A stretch of DNA of 64,000 nucleotides from the NCBI GenBank assembly GCA_965247115.1, contig CBDFGR010000002.1, positions 960,001 to 1,024,000 of the forward strand, read 5' to 3'. The stretch's first letter is position 1, and the number at the start of each line of letters is the position of its first letter. Shown here one piece after another: positions 59,906-64,000 of this stretch. The DNA comes from Myxococcota bacterium. Lineage in GTDB: Bacteria > Myxococcota_A > UBA9160 > SZUA-336. Made by a program: the position numbers and the translations under genes. Below the pieces are notes generated by a model. It worked only from the letters and a program-made list of their open reading frames with translations. It was not told where the DNA came from and searched no databases.

Positions 59906-60434
59906 CCTCGATGAGCTCCGGACCACTCGTCGCCGGGCGGCGCCCCGATGGGCGAGCCGGGTCCTTCAGGTAGTCGGCGAACTCGGGGACGACCTGAATA
60001 ATCAAGAGGCCGCCTTCGTGAGGGAGGCCACCGACGATCACTGGACGTCCGTGCCGCATCTGCAAGCGGGTGTTGACGACCCCCGGAAGCTCGACCTGCA
60101 TGTGGAGGTGATCGCGAAGTACCGTGACCGGCAAGACCCGAATACTGGACCCCGTCGGAAGCGCGAGCTCGGCCTGCTCACCGAAGGGAACGCGGAAGAC
60201 GGTCGGTGCGCAGCGCGTGATCGAACCAAAGCGCATGGGCAGCCGCCTGGAGAGCTCGACGCAGTCGGGTGAGATGCCCCCTTCTTGGGGCAGGGCATGC
60301 GCGAGCGAGATCTTGAAGGTCACCGGGGGAATGTCGGGCGCGGCCTGTTGCGCCGAGGCGGCTCCGGCAAAGAGGAAGCTGGCCGCACACGCCAGCAAGG
60401 TCGAGCGCTGAAGGACCGTGTGACGCATGCTCAT
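59883..60434 (-). CDS. Hypothetical secreted protein in the ECF operon
   Basis: Signal peptide ending ASA-Q; ATGA overlap with the anti-sigma stop. Confidence 0.65.
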   Translation of the reverse strand: MSMRHTVLQRSTLLACAASFLFAGAASAQQAAPDIPPVTFKISLAHALPQEGGISPDCVELSRRLPMRFGSITRCAPTVFRVPFGEQAELALPTGSSIRVLPVTVLRDHLHMQVELPGVVNTRLQMRHGRPVIVGGLPHEGGLLIIQVVPEFADYLKDPARPSGRRPATSGPELIEVNSNEDP

Positions 60435-61069
60435 CCCCACCCCCCGCCCGCCTGGAGATCACCTGGGCGGGTCGCCTCCGCGAGCAGCCAGATCACGGTC
60501 GCGCCGTCGTCGGCCTCGAATAGCATGAGCGGAGTATCCCCCTGCGCGAGGTCGTAGATCGACTGCGGAACACCCACGTTCAGAGCCACACCATCCTCAA
60601 AGACCGCAGGCATCTGCTGTGTGAGGGCGACCGCCTCGATTCCCGGCGCTGGAGTGCGCGAGGTGGCGGCCACACCAGCCCCGGTAGACGACGCTGGGCG
60701 CTGCGGCGTCGAGCTCGGCAGCAGCAGGAACAGCGCCACAGCGGCAGCACTCGCAACTGCCGCAGTCGCTGCGGGACGCGCCCAGCTCACGAGCTGCTCA
60801 AGTATCCGCTCCGACAAGGAGGCTTCTGCGCGCTCGGCGTCCACGCGGGCCATCGCCGGACGCAGGGCTGCGAGCAGGTGCTCGGGAGTTGGCCCGGGCG
60901 GCCCCTCGGCCCAAGCCTCACGAATCATCCCGCCAAGGGCCTTGGTCTGACGCAGATGGCGGTCGCTTGCCGGGTCTGTGCGGAGCAGTCGCTCGACTCG
61001 CTCGTCCTCGGAGCGGGAGAGAGCTCCATCCCGGAAGGCCTCGATCCTCTTCTCGACTCTTCGTCTCAT
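60431..61069 (-). CDS. Putative transmembrane anti-sigma factor
   Basis: DGALS..E..RVERLL N-terminus, one TM, C-terminal ATVIWL; directly follows the ECF sigma gene. Confidence 0.72.
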   Translation of the reverse strand: MRRRVEKRIEAFRDGALSRSEDERVERLLRTDPASDRHLRQTKALGGMIREAWAEGPPGPTPEHLLAALRPAMARVDAERAEASLSERILEQLVSWARPAATAAVASAAAVALFLLLPSSTPQRPASSTGAGVAATSRTPAPGIEAVALTQQMPAVFEDGVALNVGVPQSIYDLAQGDTPLMLFEADDGATVIWLLAEATRPGDLQAGGGWG

Positions 61070-61824
61070 CAAACAACGTCCTTGGGGGCTACGTCATGGG
61101 CCTCCAGGAAGGTGATCATCTTCTTGCGCGCGTAGTGCAAGCGACTCATCACCGTCCCTTTGGAGATCCCCATCGTTTTTGCGATCTCTTCGTACGAGAG
61201 GTCCTCGACCTCTCGTAGCAGGAGCACCTCGCGCTGTCCGTCGGGCAGCTCCTGGACACCTCTGGACACCAGCTCTCGAACCTGCGCTCGCAACGCGGAG
61301 AGCTCCGGATCGGCCTCGCCGGGCACGATGCCGCGCGGGTCCAGCTCAACGGCGAGCGCATCTTCCCACTCGACGGAGGGTGCCCGCTTGGCCTGGCGGC
61401 GCCGATCGAGGGCCAGGTTGACGACGATCCGATACAGCCAGGTGTAGAACGAGGAGCGGAACTCGAAGCGTGGCAGCCCGCGGTAGGCTTTGATCAGCGC
61501 TTCTTGAAGCACCTCGTCGGCAGCGTCAGGATCCCGGACGACGCGGTAGGCAACGCGGTACGCACGCTCCGAGTAGCGCCGGATCAGGGCCTCGAAGGCG
61601 GAGTGACTGCCCTTCTTGGCCTCCAGCACGAGGTCCCGGTCGGAGCTTTCGGTCGCCTCCGCCAGAACCCCCGGCAACTGACCCAGCGTCCCTACCGCTT
61701 CCAATGCGGGCGCTTCCACTGCGGGGGCTTCCACGGCTGGGGCCTTAGTCCTGCTGGTCCCTGATCCATCATCCCGCACGCTTCGACGCTCACCGGGGGA
61801 GCGAAATTCGGCCATTTTTTCCAT
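61069..61824 (-). CDS. ECF RNA polymerase sigma factor (RpoE-like)
   Basis: AFEALIRRY, SSFYTWLYRI, LSYEEIA..GTVMSRLHYAR. Confidence 0.92.
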   Translation of the reverse strand: MEKMAEFRSPGERRSVRDDGSGTSRTKAPAVEAPAVEAPALEAVGTLGQLPGVLAEATESSDRDLVLEAKKGSHSAFEALIRRYSERAYRVAYRVVRDPDAADEVLQEALIKAYRGLPRFEFRSSFYTWLYRIVVNLALDRRRQAKRAPSVEWEDALAVELDPRGIVPGEADPELSALRAQVRELVSRGVQELPDGQREVLLLREVEDLSYEEIAKTMGISKGTVMSRLHYARKKMITFLEAHDVAPKDVV

Positions 61825-61832
61825 AGATAGGC

Positions 61833-64000
61833 TCAGTGAGCCTCGATCCAGCTGCCCCCTGAGCCAATGTGCACATCGAGCGGTACCACGAGCTCGGCGA
61901 CCGAGCGCATCTCCTCGCGCACGAGCTCCTGGAGCGGGGCGAGATCCGCCGTCTGAACCTCGAAGACTAGCTCATCGTGGACCTGAAGGATCATCTGGGC
62001 CTCCGGAGCCCCCCGAAGCTCGAGTTTTCGGTCGATTTCGACCATTGCCTTCTTGATCAGATCCGCGGCCGTACCCTGCAGAACCGAATTCGTGGCCATG
62101 CGTTCCGCGGCGGCCTTCTGGACGCGGTTTCGGGCGTGCAGGTCCGGCAGGTAACGTCTCCTCCCGTAGAGCGTTTCAGCGTACCCCCGCAGGCGCGCGT
62201 CGGCCACGGCGCGGTCCAGAAAGGCCCTCACCCCGGGATAGCGCTCGAAGTAGGCCTTGATGTGGGCCGCGGCCTCGGACTGGGCGATTCCAAGGCTGCG
62301 GGCCAGACCGAAGGACGACTGACCGTAGATGATGCCGAAATTGATGGCCTTGGTGCGCGAGCGCTGCTCGGCGGAGACCTCCTCCTCACTCACCCCGAAG
62401 ACCTGCGAGGCCGTTCGCACGTGGATGTCGGCGCCCTGGCGAAACGCCTCCACCAGGCCCTGGTCCTCCGAGAAGTGAGCCAGGACGCGCAACTCGATCT
62501 GGCTGTAATCCGCCGAGACCAGCAGGCGGCCCTCCGCAGGGATGAAGGCGGTGCGGATCTCCTGCCCCTCCGGCGTGCGGATCGGGATGTTCTGGAGATT
62601 CGGGTTCTGGGAAGACAGACGCCCGGTCGCCGCGACAATCTGATTGAAGGTGGTATGGATGCGCCCGGTCTCCGGGTTGACCAGCTCGGGCAGCGCGTCC
62701 ACGTAGGTGCTCTTCAGCTTTGAGAGCCGCCGGTACATCAAGATCTCGGCGGGGATCTCGTGCCCCTGAGCAGCCAGGTCCTCGAGTACCGACTCATCGG
62801 TCGAGAATCCCGTCTTGGTCTTCTTGGTTGGCGGAAGCTTGAGCTGCTCGAACAGGATGTGCTGCAGCTGACGGGGCGAGCCGATGTTGAAAGGCGCTCC
62901 GGCCAGCCCGTGGATCCGAACCTCCATGTCTCCCAGGCGCTCGGTCAGCTGCACGTCCAGCGCCGAGAGCTTGGCCAGGTCGATGCGAACGCCGGCACGC
63001 TCCATCTTCGAGAGCACAGGTATCAGGGGGACCTCGAGCTCGCGGTAGAGCGGCAGCTGGCCCCGCTCGCGGAGCTGGGCCTCGACCGCCTCGTGCAGCG
63101 GCAGGGCGTGTGCGGTCTCGCCGCCCATGTGTTCGCCCAGCTCCGGCGCGGACACCTCCAGTGCGGTGCGGCGCTTGGCCCCCTTGCCAAAGCGGTCCTC
63201 GGCCGAGGGAAGCTGGATGCCGAGGTAGGTCCGGACCAGGACCTCGGGCCGCTGCACTTGCTGAGAGGGATCGGCGACGTAAGCGGCCAGCGAGACGTCG
63301 AGCAGCTCGCCGCCGAGCTCGATGCCGCGGCGACCAAGAGCATTCGCGCAGCGTTTGAGGTCGTAACCGATCCAGGTCCGTTGCTCCGACACCAACAGCG
63401 CTCGGAGCAACGGCAGCGCTCTGGCTGGGTCGAGCTGCGCCATGCTGATCAGCCAGGCGTCGCCCGAGGGGTCTGCCAGCGCGACCGCGACAAGCTCGCC
63501 GCGCATGGCGTCCTCAGGCTCGAGGGCACATGCCAGGCCGAGCCGTGCTACGCCCGACAGCGTCTCCGCCAGCGCCTCCAGCTCGGCCAGGTCCTGCACG
63601 ACCCGCACACGAGTCTCCACGGCGGGAGTCGGGGGCGCGCCCGCGTCAAGCTCCTCGAGCAAGCGCTTGAACTCGAGCTCCCGAAACAGCTCGATCAGCG
63701 TCTCGCGATCGGACTCCACGACCCGCGCGCTGTCGAGGTCGAGCTCGATCGGCAGGTCCTCCCGCAGCCGCGAGAGCTCACGGGACAGCCGGGCCATGTC
63801 GACGCCAGCGCGCAGGGCCTCGCGAGCGCGCTTTGCCGGGATCTCTTCTACCCTCTCGATCAGCTGGTCGAGCGAGCCGAACTCTTTGATCAGCTTGGCC
63901 GCCCCCTTCTCGCCGATCCCCTTCACCCCGGGGATGTTGTCCGAGCTGTCTCCGACCAGAGAGCGGAGGTCCAGCACCGACTCTGGAGGCACACCGAAGC
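61833..64000 (-). CDS. polA: DNA polymerase I, 5'-truncated by the window edge
   Basis: GDSSDNIPGVKGIG, TGRLSS.NPNLQNIP, DYSQIELR, KAINFGIIYG, QVHDEL. Confidence 0.96.
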   Translation of the reverse strand, partial: FGVPPESVLDLRSLVGDSSDNIPGVKGIGEKGAAKLIKEFGSLDQLIERVEEIPAKRAREALRAGVDMARLSRELSRLREDLPIELDLDSARVVESDRETLIELFRELEFKRLLEELDAGAPPTPAVETRVRVVQDLAELEALAETLSGVARLGLACALEPEDAMRGELVAVALADPSGDAWLISMAQLDPARALPLLRALLVSEQRTWIGYDLKRCANALGRRGIELGGELLDVSLAAYVADPSQQVQRPEVLVRTYLGIQLPSAEDRFGKGAKRRTALEVSAPELGEHMGGETAHALPLHEAVEAQLRERGQLPLYRELEVPLIPVLSKMERAGVRIDLAKLSALDVQLTERLGDMEVRIHGLAGAPFNIGSPRQLQHILFEQLKLPPTKKTKTGFSTDESVLEDLAAQGHEIPAEILMYRRLSKLKSTYVDALPELVNPETGRIHTTFNQIVAATGRLSSQNPNLQNIPIRTPEGQEIRTAFIPAEGRLLVSADYSQIELRVLAHFSEDQGLVEAFRQGADIHVRTASQVFGVSEEEVSAEQRSRTKAINFGIIYGQSSFGLARSLGIAQSEAAAHIKAYFERYPGVRAFLDRAVADARLRGYAETLYGRRRYLPDLHARNRVQKAAAERMATNSVLQGTAADLIKKAMVEIDRKLELRGAPEAQMILQVHDELVFEVQTADLAPLQELVREEMRSVAELVVPLDVHIGSGGSWIEAH

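Noticed and set aside
61695..61745. 15-bp tandem repeat (APAVEAPAVEAPALE) in the sigma factor N-terminus
   Set aside because: Low-complexity linker, too short to interpret

Overview
High-GC bacterial chromosomal window. Gene content suggests Myxococcota or a related deltaproteobacterial lineage, but this is inference. It is mostly metabolic and housekeeping: amidohydrolases, a fused 2-oxoacid dehydrogenase E1, aceE-aceF-lpdA, ligD/ku NHEJ, cysD-cysNC, an ABC-2 exporter, a thiolase-like/DUF35/MaoC cluster, pyrF, a MoxR-vWA (Bat-like) operon, clpS-clpA, mazG, flavin monooxygenases, an ECF sigma/anti-sigma pair and partial polA. The most unusual content is mobile and non-coding. (i) Two diverged HUH/Y1 (RAYT-like) transposase genes each carry a conserved promoter that abuts an IS481-type end and a divergent, decayed IS481 transposase. 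(ii) At least three families of palindromic REP/REPIN-like repeats form tandem and nested structures at four intergenic sites, with G-depleted codons in several adjacent gene ends. (iii) A low-GC orphan integron gene cassette has an eroded attC. No rRNA, tRNA or CRISPR array was recognised. All calls were made by eye from motifs; no database searches were run.
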